From positions 1,088,001 to 1,152,000 of the forward strand of contig CBDBLO010000002.1 of NCBI GenBank assembly GCA_965207075.1: a DNA stretch of 64,000 bases. Reading direction: 5' to 3'. Origin of the DNA: Nitrosopumilus sp. (GTDB lineage Archaea > Thermoproteota > Nitrososphaeria > Nitrososphaerales > Nitrosopumilaceae). Numbering within the stretch: the stretch's first letter is position 1; each line of letters begins with the position of its first letter. The notes under the pieces are model-generated. The model had not been told where the DNA came from. It made no database searches and was given only the letters and a program-made list of their open reading frames with translations. Shown here in pieces: positions 11,001-20,463 of the stretch. The position numbers and the translations under genes were made by a program.

Positions 11001-12775
11001 TGGGCCCTGGCGGGGACTCGGGCTCCTTTGAGATAGTCAACAAGACCGTCCTGAAGCTCAGGACCGCCCCGGACGGCGGCACGCCAAAGGGATCCTACGC
11101 GGTGACCGTAACCTCCACCGGCGACTTTGGCACCGGCAACTCCCGCACGCTCGAAGTTACGCCGGAGGTTCGGGCGGTCGAGCCGCCGCCCCTGAACCAC
11201 ACCGCCGTGCTGGAGCCGCCCGACCCGCTCGGCCCCCGCGACATCGGCAGGATATCCCTGGCAAGCTTCCAGCCGGGGACAATCAACGCAACCTGGGTGG
11301 AGCCCCGGGGGGCGTCTGACAACCCTCCGGCCAACTACAGGATATCCTGGACCAAGGCCGGCGAGAGCTTCCTGCCCTGGACGGACCCGGCCGGCAACGC
11401 CTACCCGACCGAGCCCTCCTACGACATCACGGGCCTGGAAGAGGGCGGGCAGTACAAGGTGAAGGTGCGCGCCTCCTACTCCGGCAAGGCCGGGCCCTGG
11501 AGCGGCGATGTCGTGGTGGACGTTGCGAGATCCCCCGATGACCACCCGCCCGCCGCCTACGCCGGCCCTGACAGGGCCGTCCAAGAGGGCTCTGTCGTCC
11601 CCCTCAACGGCACCGCCTCCGACCCCGACGGCGACCCCATGACCTACAGCTGGTCCCACGACCACCCGACCTTGGAGATCGCCTTTGCCAACGCCACGTC
11701 CCCGACGACGACCTTCACTGCCCCGCAGGTCGCCGCCAACACCACCCTCACCCTCACCCTGACCGTCGACGACGGGGACCAGACGGCCTCTGACTCCGCC
11801 ACGGTAACAATCATCGACGCCACCTCCGAACGCCAGCGCGCCGCGCCCACCCCCGCCAACCCCGCCGATAACCGGATCATCCTGCTGCTGCCGCCGACGG
11901 TCAGTGTCGGCCCCGACCTAACCGTCGACGAGGGGTCGCCGGTGTCGCTGTCCGGCATCACCGTCCACGCCGGCGACCAGCCGACCTACCGGTGGACGCA
12001 CGACTCCTCCCTGGACATCGTCCTGAGAGGAGACGCCACCCCGGCCGCCGCGTTCACCGCCCCGTCCGTCGACTCGGACACCACCGTCACGTTCACCCTG
12101 ACCATAACCGACCAATACGGCGCCACCGCCGCCGACACGGTCGACGTCACCGTCCTGAACGTGCCCCCGGGCGACCCGCCGCCTGCCACGATCATCCTGC
12201 TGCCGCCGACGGTCAGTGTCGGCCCCGACCTAACCGTCGACGAGGGGTCGCCGGTGTCGCTGTCCGGCATCACGGTCCACGCCGGCGACCAGCCGACCTA
12301 CAGGTGGACGCACGACTCCGCCCTAGACATCGCCCTGACCGGCGACGCCACCCCGGCCGTCGCGTTCACCGCCCCGGCCGTCGACTCGGACACCACCATC
12401 GCGTTCACCCTGACCATAACCGACCAATACGGCGCCACCGCCGCCGACACGGTCGACGTCACCGTCCTGAACGTGCTCCCGGGCGACCCGCCGGCCGCCC
12501 CGGCCAACCTCAGGGCCACTGCCACTGACACCGCCGTCACGCTCATTTGGGACGACCCGGACGACGATACCATCACCGGCTACAAGGTGCTTTCCCGGAT
12601 GGCCCTGACGGAGTCGAAGCTCTACGTGCTGGTCGCCGACACCGGCTCGGCCGCCGCCACCTACACGGTGGACGGTCTCAATCCGGACACCATCTACGTC
12701 TTCAGGGTGGTGGCAGTCAACGGGCTCGGCGAGTCTGGCGTCTCAAACTTTGTCAGGCTGTCCACCCTGCAGTAG
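8042..12775 (+). CDS. Modular secreted/surface protein: signal peptide, LVIVD repeats, PKD, FN3, DUF285 repeats, C-terminal FN3
   Basis: 1577 aa; signal-like start MTAKVLRTAVTAAALLAVAVLG; same modules as 171..7505; near-identical internal duplication ~11878-12185 / ~12190-12495. Confidence 0.85.
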   Translation: MTAKVLRTAVTAAALLAVAVLGMEQPYWHGLTWEADPSHPDTPAPGWHALAQVVQTLVLSPTDRITDTGSLELDGARGIAIFEIGERTYAAVAAYYDDGVQILDLTDPGNISATDQIDDTDSLELDGAADIDIFEIGERTYAAVAAYYDDGVQILDLTDPGNIRAAGQITDTIRLELYGARGIDTFEMDGRTYAVVAGHKDHGVQILNLTDPGNISATDQIDDTDSLELYGARGIATFEMGGRTYAAVSGLKEGGIQMLDLTDPGNAVAIGRITGDGVRDLVGPAEIATFKIGERIHAAVADNYGNSVQILDLSQPGKPEWSGQIGDTDSLELYHATGITTFKMGERTYAAAASWGDNGVQVLDLTDPDNIGAVGQITDTGSLELGGALDVAVFKTGGLTYAAVTGHDDDGVQIIGMAVDHLPAADAGPDQTVLEGAAVTLRATASGPDGDPLTYGWSHDHPTLNITLADPAALATTFTAPQVSSNTTVTFTFTATDPRNATASDAVTITILDAPAKEPPPSLNFTAVLEPTGTLGPRDIGRIALLSSQPGTINATWAEPRGASDDPPANYRISWTKAGESFLPWTDPAGNAYPTEPSYDITGLEDGEQYEVKVRASYSGRAGPWSGELAITVAGPAADNRPPTADAGPDRTVMEGDAVTLDAIAYDPDPGDTLTYGWSHDRPGLNITLADPAALATTFTAPQVSSDTALTLTLRITDGYDATASDAVTITVLDAPAGDPARAGHFVTTWRTTEPGESITIPVGGASGTYTVDWGDGTVSANVTGSQTHAYDAPGIHIVGISGDFARIYLNGQQPNANKLASIEQWGDVRWESMKSAFAGASNMVYRAADAPDLSGVTDMYRTFSGASSFDGDLSGWDVSSVTDMQQAFRQASSFDGDLSGWDVSSVTDMHRMFSGATSFNGDLSGWNVSSATDMQHMFDGADAFDQNLGNWYIVLDGLQVGEAGGTVGTISAQNAFLAAQEPTYGLGPGGDSGSFEIVNKTVLKLRTAPDGGTPKGSYAVTVTSTGDFGTGNSRTLEVTPEVRAVEPPPLNHTAVLEPPDPLGPRDIGRISLASFQPGTINATWVEPRGASDNPPANYRISWTKAGESFLPWTDPAGNAYPTEPSYDITGLEEGGQYKVKVRASYSGKAGPWSGDVVVDVARSPDDHPPAAYAGPDRAVQEGSVVPLNGTASDPDGDPMTYSWSHDHPTLEIAFANATSPTTTFTAPQVAANTTLTLTLTVDDGDQTASDSATVTIIDATSERQRAAPTPANPADNRIILLLPPTVSVGPDLTVDEGSPVSLSGITVHAGDQPTYRWTHDSSLDIVLRGDATPAAAFTAPSVDSDTTVTFTLTITDQYGATAADTVDVTVLNVPPGDPPPATIILLPPTVSVGPDLTVDEGSPVSLSGITVHAGDQPTYRWTHDSALDIALTGDATPAVAFTAPAVDSDTTIAFTLTITDQYGATAADTVDVTVLNVLPGDPPAAPANLRATATDTAVTLIWDDPDDDTITGYKVLSRMALTESKLYVLVADTGSAAATYTVDGLNPDTIYVFRVVAVNGLGESGVSNFVRLSTLQ

Positions 12776-13375
12776 GCCGCGCCCGGCGCGCCGCCTGTGC
12801 GCGGACGGCTTGCGGCAGGGGGCGCCAGCCCGTCCCGCCTCGCGGGTCTGCCGCGCGGGCGGCAGCGCTTGCGGCCGTCTGCGCCTTCCGTCTCGTCTCA
12901 TCTCCTCCATCTCCCCTCCTCTCCCCTCTTCATTCCAAAGAACTGGCGGACGGGGGCGCGCTGGGGTTTGCATAATACCTCGGGAGTTTTCCCGAGCGCT
13001 CACCGGCCCTGCCCCTCCGATCCATCGCTGCGCGCAGCTCCTCAATCTCTGAACCGGGGACCTCGTCCTCCTCTACTCCAGTGCGAGCACGCGCCGCTCC
13101 AACTGCCCCCTGCCGGCGCCCCCTGTCCACTTCACGCGGACGGCGGGATTCAAAACACGTGTGGTGACGCGTCCACTGACGAGCCGTTGCCCCCTGGCCA
13201 TCATCGGTAGTACGGCCAGAACGCGCAGGAAGACGGAGGGTGGCCACGCTCCTGACCGTCATAATGGCCGAAAGCAAGTCTTCCTCCTGCCGCCAAATGG
13301 ACTGTAGCATATTATGACGGAATACACCAACATGATCATAAAAATTGATATAATGGTCACGATAGATTGTGACAT

Positions 13376-13594
13376 ATGAGCAGCAGTGAAGAATCGGAAT
13401 TTGTATTGAAACTTCTGCAAAACAGGGGGAAGTATGCAGGCAAGTGGATCGCAGTCTTGGACTCTAAGGTTATCGCAGAAGGGGACAGACTCGAAGCGGT
13501 CTACAGGGATGCGACAAAGGTGGCAGACGGGCGGACTCCTCTGTTTGAACGAATCCCCTTGCGGCAGGAAGAGCGCGAGACGTTGATTCTATAA
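13376..13594 (+). CDS. DUF5678-like small protein
   Basis: 72 aa with KYAGKWIAV...VIAEG pattern; AT-rich upstream region. Confidence 0.65.
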   Translation: MSSSEESEFVLKLLQNRGKYAGKWIAVLDSKVIAEGDRLEAVYRDATKVADGRTPLFERIPLRQEERETLIL

Positions 13595-13625
13595 CGTCAT
13601 ATTACAGCGGTACGTGAGGTGCGAC

Positions 13626-14159
13626 ATGTCTGCTGGCAGGCTTTATTTCAAATATGGGACAGATCGGTTGGGGAAGAAGAGCGATGATGGTGACAATGGC
13701 TGTGGCGCTGTAAGCGGGGCTGTGCCAGCCTCCAGGCCGCGTATAGATGTCATATTTAGAAAATTATCAAAACCCCCAGATCCATTGACAAATCCAGAAT
13801 TCAGGGCGCGCGCACTGGTAGATTCGGGGGCCGACATCTGTTTTATTCCAAAAGCCGTGGCAGATGTCCTGCGGCTTGACACCGATGAGAAGTCCAAAAA
13901 AGCCATCATCGGCGCAGGAGGAGTGTTCACCGCGTATAGGTCAAACATGCATCTGGAAATGTTGTACGAGAGGAAGCGTGTCCGCATTGGCATGGTAGAA
14001 GTTGCCTTCCCAGAAGACGATCCGCCCGGAGTTGAACCTGAGAGAAGTATCCTCATTGGCCGCAGCGGCCTGTTCACCCAGTACAAGGTAACGTTCAATG
14101 ACAGGCAGAAGATCATAGAGCTGGAAATGTTTGACGATGTAGCAGGATGCAGAACATAA
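13626..14159 (+). CDS. Retropepsin-like (clan AA) aspartyl protease
   Basis: ALVDSGAD catalytic motif and ILIGR motif. ATG at 13626; GTG at 13614 is an alternative start. Confidence 0.8.
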   Translation: MSAGRLYFKYGTDRLGKKSDDGDNGCGAVSGAVPASRPRIDVIFRKLSKPPDPLTNPEFRARALVDSGADICFIPKAVADVLRLDTDEKSKKAIIGAGGVFTAYRSNMHLEMLYERKRVRIGMVEVAFPEDDPPGVEPERSILIGRSGLFTQYKVTFNDRQKIIELEMFDDVAGCRT

Positions 14160-14222
14160 AAGACGGAAAGACTGTCGGAGGCATGACTCGGGAACTGCTT
14201 CCTTGAATATGAATAGAAAAAG

Positions 14223-14303
14223 TGGACCGGGTGGGATTCGGGCCCGCGACCTTGACTTGCGCAGCGTGGGTGCGGCATCCAAACCACGCTGGACGGCCGG
14301 TCC
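14223..14303 (-). pseudogene. Degenerate tRNA-like sequence, probably derived from tRNA-Val(CAC)
   Basis: Minus strand has a GGACCGG/CCGGTCC acceptor stem, D-arm GTCC-AGCGTGGTTT-GGAT and anticodon loop CCCACGC. The T-loop is CCCGAAT instead of TTCGAAT and the variable region is abnormal. Confidence 0.6.
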
Positions 14304-14812
14304 GTTTTGGCTTGAGAATGCGCCGCTTTTTTGTCTATTGCCAGTTTGTTTGTATGAATTCGCATGGCCCTTGTACCGGCCGTCCTCTTCGTACGCGTTT
14401 CTGCCCCGCCTCCGCCACGCGGGAACGCGCGCGGCAAAGCCGGCCGGGCGCCCCATGGCCGGGCGCCCCCCGGTTTACCAAATCATCTTACGGAGCACCG
14501 CGATATGGCGCAGCGCCCTTCCGCCCGCGCTGTTCGCGGTGGGATCGACGCCGGGATGACCCCGGGAGCGCAAGCATGCGCAGCGCCTGCCGCCATCGCC
14601 GCCACAGCTTGCCAGACGCCCTGATCATACCGGGATCACACTTTTCTGTCACGGTACCAGTCCGTTACATACTGCGTCTTGTCTTTGGGTCCGGCACGCA
14701 CGGCCGTCTCCGCGGCATCGGGGCGCGTGGGGCCAGCCGCCATTATGGCGCACCGGCCGGGGGGTGGGGGTGGGGGAAGGACACGGTGGCAGGTTCGGGG
14801 ATTTCTGGCATC

Positions 14813-16093
14813 CTACGGCAGGGTGGACAGCCTTACAAAGTTGGACCGGCCAGACTCGCCGCCCTCGCCGAGTGCGATCACCCGGAACACGTAGATCGTC
14901 CCCGGATCGAGGCCGTCTACCACGTGCGACGTGTCCGTGGAATTTGTGTCTGCCACAAGCACCGAGAGTGTGTTCTGCGTCTGGGGCGTCCTTGAGAGGA
15001 TCTTGTAGCCGGTTACACCGTCTGCTGAGGGCTGCTCCCAGTCCAGGGTTATTGAGGTCCTGGCTGCCGTGGCAGCGAGGTTCTGCGGTGCTGCCGGCGG
15101 CTCTGGCGCGGACTCTGTGACAGATACCGTGGCCTGGCCGCTCCAGTCGCCTGCTGGCCCCCCGTACCTTGCGCGCACCTTCACGTTGTACTCTCCCTCC
15201 TCAAGACCTGTTATGGTGTGGGAGGGCTCGGCAGGATATGCGTTGCCTGTCAGGTCCGTCCACGTCTTGAAGGACTCGCCTGACTTGGCCCACATGATGC
15301 GGTAGTCGACGGGCTCTTCCGCGGGGACGTCCCAAGTCGCCAGCACGGTGCCCGGCCCCGTGTTCTCAAGTATAATGCCGGCTACGTCGCGCGGCCCTGA
15401 TGCGGCTGTCTGATTGCTTTCGAGATTGGTTGCAGACAGCGATTGAACTTCGACTGTGATTGTGACCGTATCATTTGAAACCGACTCTCCATATTCTATC
15501 ACCTCAAGCATGAATGTCAGGACGGCGTGGCCGTCAGGCGCTGTAAACGACGGCGACTCCCAGTCAGCGTTTCTCAGGTTTACTGTTTCACCCGTGAGTT
15601 GGCTCCAGGAATAAATCAGGTCGAAGCCGCGGGGATGCGTTGACGCGGAGCCGTCAAGCGTGACTTCGGCTCTAGGTTGGACTGTCTGGTTCTGCCCTGC
15701 ATTGGCTGTAGGCGGATGGTAAGGGACTCTGATTGTGACGGTATCAGTCGAGGTACGGCTTGCACCGTCCGTCACGGTGAGCATAAAGACGAGTGTTGTG
15801 GTTTCTGACGGCGCGGTGAAGGTGGGCTCCTCTGCCGCGGGGTCTAAAAGCGTTACGGTGATGCCGCCGGTCTGGTTCCACATGTACGACAGGTCGGTGC
15901 CAGTCGAGCCGCTGCCGTAAAGAGTGACTGCGGCGCCGGTGTACACCCCCTGATCCCATCCCGCGTAGGCTACCGGCGCCGGCTGGGGCGCATGGGTTGC
16001 GTGAGTCTCGGAGATGAATGGGGCTGACGCCAGGACCAAGAGTGACACTGACAGGGCGCACAGCAGGGACGTCTCTCTTATCGCGCGGGCCAT
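14813..16093 (-). CDS. Secreted PKD/FN3 domain protein
   Basis: Signal peptide, two PKD-like units (AGWDQ/AGQNQ...PTFTAP), one RDVAGIIL-type FN3 module, C-terminal FN3 homologous to that of 8042..12775. Confidence 0.8.
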   Translation of the reverse strand: MARAIRETSLLCALSVSLLVLASAPFISETHATHAPQPAPVAYAGWDQGVYTGAAVTLYGSGSTGTDLSYMWNQTGGITVTLLDPAAEEPTFTAPSETTTLVFMLTVTDGASRTSTDTVTIRVPYHPPTANAGQNQTVQPRAEVTLDGSASTHPRGFDLIYSWSQLTGETVNLRNADWESPSFTAPDGHAVLTFMLEVIEYGESVSNDTVTITVEVQSLSATNLESNQTAASGPRDVAGIILENTGPGTVLATWDVPAEEPVDYRIMWAKSGESFKTWTDLTGNAYPAEPSHTITGLEEGEYNVKVRARYGGPAGDWSGQATVSVTESAPEPPAAPQNLAATAARTSITLDWEQPSADGVTGYKILSRTPQTQNTLSVLVADTNSTDTSHVVDGLDPGTIYVFRVIALGEGGESGRSNFVRLSTLP

Positions 16094-16379
16094 GTCAGCG
16101 GCTCCCGGTCATGCAGACTGCAATTATCTGGTTGGTGGCAGCGGCAGTCTCTGCATCTGACCGTGCCGTCCGGTGAGCCATGTACATTAACTCTGATATA
16201 TTGGTAATTAAATGTGCCTTGGACGGTTCTGCTGCGAATTCGTACTATGAACGCGCAGGCGTGCGGTTCTGGAGGGTGTGTAGCACTTGATGCCCTGCCG
16301 ACACGTCATCCAGAGGACATTCTGCATGGCATGATCTGCCCCCGCGGGGAGATTTATACAACTACGCGGTAGAAACCAT

Positions 16380-17333
16380 GTGAACAAAACACACTATGCG
16401 GGATTTCTTGTAGTGGTGATTCTAACCGTGTCTGTACCCGCGGTTGCTTATGCATATGACCGTACAGTAGACGGGTTTCTCGAAGTGATGACCGATCTGT
16501 TTGCAGAGTACCTAAGAGGAGACGTATCAGAAGCCGAGATGGTGAGCTTGTTCAAAATGATGGAGTCAATCGGCTTTATCTCGTTTCCCTCCTTCGTAGA
16601 GGATGAGGGCGATTTCAAGGTGCGGTATGAATCTCCTACGGCCGCGGAATGGCAGGGATGGGAGGAGTGGATACGGGATGAGGGATCCTTTGAACGTGAA
16701 ACATCTTGGCTCAATGATAACTTCAAGTTGCCTGTGGACATCCATATCGTGGGGAAGTTGTGTGGCCAAATCAATGCGTGGTACGATCCTTCGAAGAACG
16801 AGATAGTCATGTGTTATGAGCTCTTTAATGAAGTGTACGGCAACTTCCTAGGGGTAGAAGATGATCCCGTGGAATCTATGCTGCATGTTATCGACTATGT
16901 ACTCTATCACGAGATGGGCCATGCACTGATTGACATGTATGATCTGCCGTACACTGGCTTGCAGGAGGACGCGGCAGATCAGTTTGCATTCTATATCATG
17001 ACCGAGATGACCAATGATGAACTTGGGTATGATACCTTGTACAGTACCGTGATACACTATTACATATGGAATGAGAAGTATGGCCACCTCGATTATCTTC
17101 AATATCATGATACGCATCAGTTCGGCAAACAACGTATGTACAATACTGCCTGTTTCATGTATGGAAGCGACCCTGAGACGCATCACGAGTGGCGTGGCAC
17201 AGAATGGTTGCCTGAGGATAGAGCGGTTCATTGTATACAAGAGTACGAGCATGGGATAAGATCTTGGGATAGACTGTTAGCTCCATATCTACACTACGAC
17301 CCTGAGACTTTTGAGCTGGATCTCACGAATTGA
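16380..17333 (+). CDS. Secreted metallopeptidase, DUF4344-like
   Basis: Signal peptide, CGQINAWY, HEMGHA zinc motif, EDAADQ; GC visibly lower than the flanks. Confidence 0.75.
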   Translation: MNKTHYAGFLVVVILTVSVPAVAYAYDRTVDGFLEVMTDLFAEYLRGDVSEAEMVSLFKMMESIGFISFPSFVEDEGDFKVRYESPTAAEWQGWEEWIRDEGSFERETSWLNDNFKLPVDIHIVGKLCGQINAWYDPSKNEIVMCYELFNEVYGNFLGVEDDPVESMLHVIDYVLYHEMGHALIDMYDLPYTGLQEDAADQFAFYIMTEMTNDELGYDTLYSTVIHYYIWNEKYGHLDYLQYHDTHQFGKQRMYNTACFMYGSDPETHHEWRGTEWLPEDRAVHCIQEYEHGIRSWDRLLAPYLHYDPETFELDLTN

Positions 17334-17499
17334 GAGCCTTTTTGACATGAAAAAGTAAACACCGCCCCTACTGTGCCAAATTTGTTTCCATTCGAGGCAC
17401 TGGTGCGAATTCGTGATGTGGATTACAAGCCGTCGGGTAAAACATCGGGCATAATCCTCAGCGGCAACCGCAGGCGGAGGGTAGTCAGTCCAACGCAGA

Positions 17500-18171
17500 T
17501 CAGAGGCCGCCGAAGTCAACGAAGTCAACGCCATCCGCCCACGCGTCAGGTGCATGGCCGTAATCGGACGCGGCCATGTACCCGATCACGGGCCCGGACA
17601 TGCCCATGGCCAGCATCAACGGCATGTACGCTTCATTGCCTGTAGAATTGTAGAACCCTGCAGGGTCGTTCTTGTACCTGTCATGCAACTTGGCGTATTC
17701 CGCCATGGCCTTTTGCCGCTCTGCCTCAAGCGCGGATACGCCCGCATCCGTCAAATCCCACATCTCGGGAGTGTCTTTTTCCTGCATGATTGCTGCTACA
17801 TCCTCAAAGTAGCGGCGGTCGTCCTTTGTTGCAGTATCTTTCACGTTGTCTGCGTATGCCTTGAACCGCGGTGACTTTCGAAATGCGTTAATTCGTTCCC
17901 TTTCGTCGAATGTCGGCTCCCTGTCAAGTTTGGCGACCAGTCCGTGGGCATACAGGCGGAGCATTGACCTCGTGAAACGCATCGTACCAACCTTCATCGG
18001 GGCTGCCATGTCTTCGCGGCGCATCATTTCAAGCGCCGCAAAGTCCCACGGTTCCAACGCGGCCGTTCTTGCCTGATTTAGCATGTCCTGCTGCCGTTCG
18101 GCGTCTGCGGTCAGCCACCCGGCATCGGCATCCGGCGGTTCTGACGGCCCGTAGAAAAGCGACTGGTGCAT
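17500..18171 (-). CDS. Hypothetical protein
   Basis: Protein-like composition from MHQSLFYG (ATG at 18171); the upstream extension in the ORF track runs into the IS. Confidence 0.5.
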   Translation of the reverse strand: MHQSLFYGPSEPPDADAGWLTADAERQQDMLNQARTAALEPWDFAALEMMRREDMAAPMKVGTMRFTRSMLRLYAHGLVAKLDREPTFDERERINAFRKSPRFKAYADNVKDTATKDDRRYFEDVAAIMQEKDTPEMWDLTDAGVSALEAERQKAMAEYAKLHDRYKNDPAGFYNSTGNEAYMPLMLAMGMSGPVIGYMAASDYGHAPDAWADGVDFVDFGGL

Positions 18172-18218
18172 GCTTATGAATAATAACGGCAGTTCATATC
18201 CGTTTAGGTCGAGGCGGC

Positions 18219-19865
18219 GTATGCACTCAGGTCGACATATCTCACGACACGAGCATATGTGAAGCGCCGTCTCAGCATGTCGCAGCGATGGCGGCGGCAT
18301 GAGGCGTTGTCGTTGTAGCCTGCATGGTCTGTTCTGGGCAGTCGGGCGGCTTGAATATGCGCCAGTCCGGATCCTCGATCATGCGCTCCACCGCCGCGCG
18401 CGGGAACATACCCACCTTTTGGCACGTGCGCGCGACGGACACCAGCACGGAGAACACCTGGCGCCCCTCCGGCTCGGACAGCTGGTGGCGCACGTTGCGG
18501 TGCAGCACGACCGTGTCGCGTATCTCCAGCTCGGCGGCGTTGTTGTGAGGGGGCATGCCCGGATGCCTCAGGAACGTGAACAGGTGCGGGGCGGCGTTCT
18601 CCAGCGTTTCGCGGAACCTGTGGCCCTCTTTGTAGCCTGACGCTATGCGCAGCACGGCCTTCTCCAGGCCCAGGCACTCTGCACCGGAGGCCGACTCGCG
18701 GTGTTTGATCCTCTTGTACATGGAGAGCAGCCTGCGGTAGCACGACAGGTCGTCCCCGCCGTTTCTCACGGCGTATTTCTCGGCCTCGCGCAGCAGGTGC
18801 ACCCAGCAGCGCTGCCTGACGGGAAGGATGCCGTACGCGACATACCCGTCAGTGACTGACGGCTTGCCGAGCAGGCCGCCAGTGCAGGTCCAGCACGGCC
18901 GCGGCCCTGCTCGGGGCTGCCACCACGTACGTGGCGTTCCCCGCCGTCGCCAGCCACGCGTACCCCCTTTTGCCGTTCATCTTGATGACCGACTCGTCAA
19001 ACTGCACGAACGCGGCGCCCGAGATCTCCTCCAGGATGCCGTCGTAGGCGGCCTTGAGCAGGTTCCTTATCGCCCTGCGCGCGTTCCAGACGGCGTTCGC
19101 TGACACCGAAAAGCCGTAGAGTGCCCCGAAATAGTACGCTATGGTCGCGTCGGTGGACCTCCTGGCGTAGTATTCGAGTATGAATCCCAGGGCCCCGGGG
19201 CCGAACGACGTGCCGGGCAGCAGCATGGGGGCCCGGGCGGTGCTGACCATATCGCACCTCTTGCACAGGCCGCGCTCGAGCACGTACGCGACGGTCTCGA
19301 TGCGCCTGCCGTCCCCGTCCGGAAAGTCGTTTGCGATCCTTGTGACGGGTGCCGCGTACGCGAGGCGCCCGCGCCCGCAGTTCTGGCACCGGCGCAGGCG
19401 CAGGCGCGTCCTCCTCGAGGGCCTGTTGCCGTGGGACGCGCCCTCGTGCCCCTCCGGAGGCCCCTGCGCCCGGCCGCCGCATGTCCCTCCGGTTCAGGTC
19501 CCCCCTCGCCCTTCTCCTCTGCCAGCCGCTTCCGGAATGCATCCCGCTCCGCATTGTACATGGAATCAGTGGAGGACGGCGCGTTCGGATTCTCGTATTT
19601 GGCCAGCCTCCTGTCCTGCTCTGCAATGGTTTCCATGAGCAGGTCTATCTGCTCTTCAAGGCCGGCCCTTGTCCTGTCACGCTCGGCCTTCACCTGGGCT
19701 ACTGCATCCTGCAGCCTCTTGATCTCCGCCGTCATCTTGGCCAGCTCGCCGCGCAGAAGCGCCATCTCGGACCTGCCCATGGGAATTCGTAAAGTATATG
19801 ATCTATAAACCCATTGTTTTGCCGAAATAATCGACAGGGTCACAGGCGTGAACCTGAATGCATAC
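18219..19865 (-). mobile_element. IS66-family element, single-ORF (ISBst12-like organisation), 1647 bp
   Basis: TIRs gtatgcactcaggtcgac (18219-18236) and gtgaacctgaatgcatac (19848-19865), 15/18 match; perfect 8-bp target duplication GAGGCGGC at 18211-18218 and 19866-19873. Confidence 0.9.
18272..19780 (-). pseudogene. IS66 transposase (TnpC-type), frameshifted
   Basis: Coiled-coil N-terminus + NAPSS, Zn ribbon, QFDES, TDGY..QRCWVH and HNNAAELEIR lie in different frames. Confidence 0.85.
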
Positions 19866-19873
19866 GAGGCGGC

Positions 19874-20130
19874 TGCAGGGGGATACTCTGGCATGTCGCG
19901 AATCCGCACCGGCACCCTTTGGACGGCCGGCAAGAGTCCCGCCCCTCACGGCATACAGGTGCCGCGGCCGTAGGCGGCGCCCGGCCTGGCCGTACATGAT
20001 CGTCTTGTGGGCCTTTTCCGCCGGGTTATGCCCCCCAGCGCGCTGGATCCTCTCAGACGCGCCGTACGCGGTGCAGCCGTCCATCGTGACGGGTATGCGG
20101 AAGCACGGGCGGCGCGTGTCCGGCACGATC
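19874..20130 (-). pseudogene. Possible older IS66 transposase fragment
   Basis: IPVTMDGCTAYGASERIQR.. parallels the TDGYVAYGILPVRQRCWVH of the adjacent IS66. Confidence 0.35.
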
Positions 20131-20463
20131 CCGCCCTTTGAGTCGCCGTTCGTGTATCATGCGGGCCGTAGGACACACAAGAAGGGAGACGAACCCCCTC
20201 CCCCCCGGGGGAGGGGCGCGTTTCTGCCTGCTGCGGGGACTCGATCTGATGCCGGGCCTGTCCGGGAGTGTGAGTATGGGGACGAGAACCGGACTCCCCC
20301 CGAATGGGTGGGCGCACTGCGGGCGCGTGTGCGCGGAAAATTTGCTGGCGGCAGCAGAAAGCCGCTTCTTTTCGCCTATAGTGCGTGCGTGCATTCCTTT
20401 TATTGCCTTGTCAATATTATCTGACCTTGAGTCTTATGTGCAAACACGCCGAAAAACCAGCGA

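Noticed and set aside
12776-13375. ORFs and pyrimidine tract after the second surface gene
   Set aside because: Translations are Arg/Pro/Ala-rich with no motifs; the C/T tract may be a terminator but this is unsupported
20194-20216. C/G hairpin as an IS605 end
   Set aside because: No associated TnpA/TnpB, and such hairpins are common at this GC content
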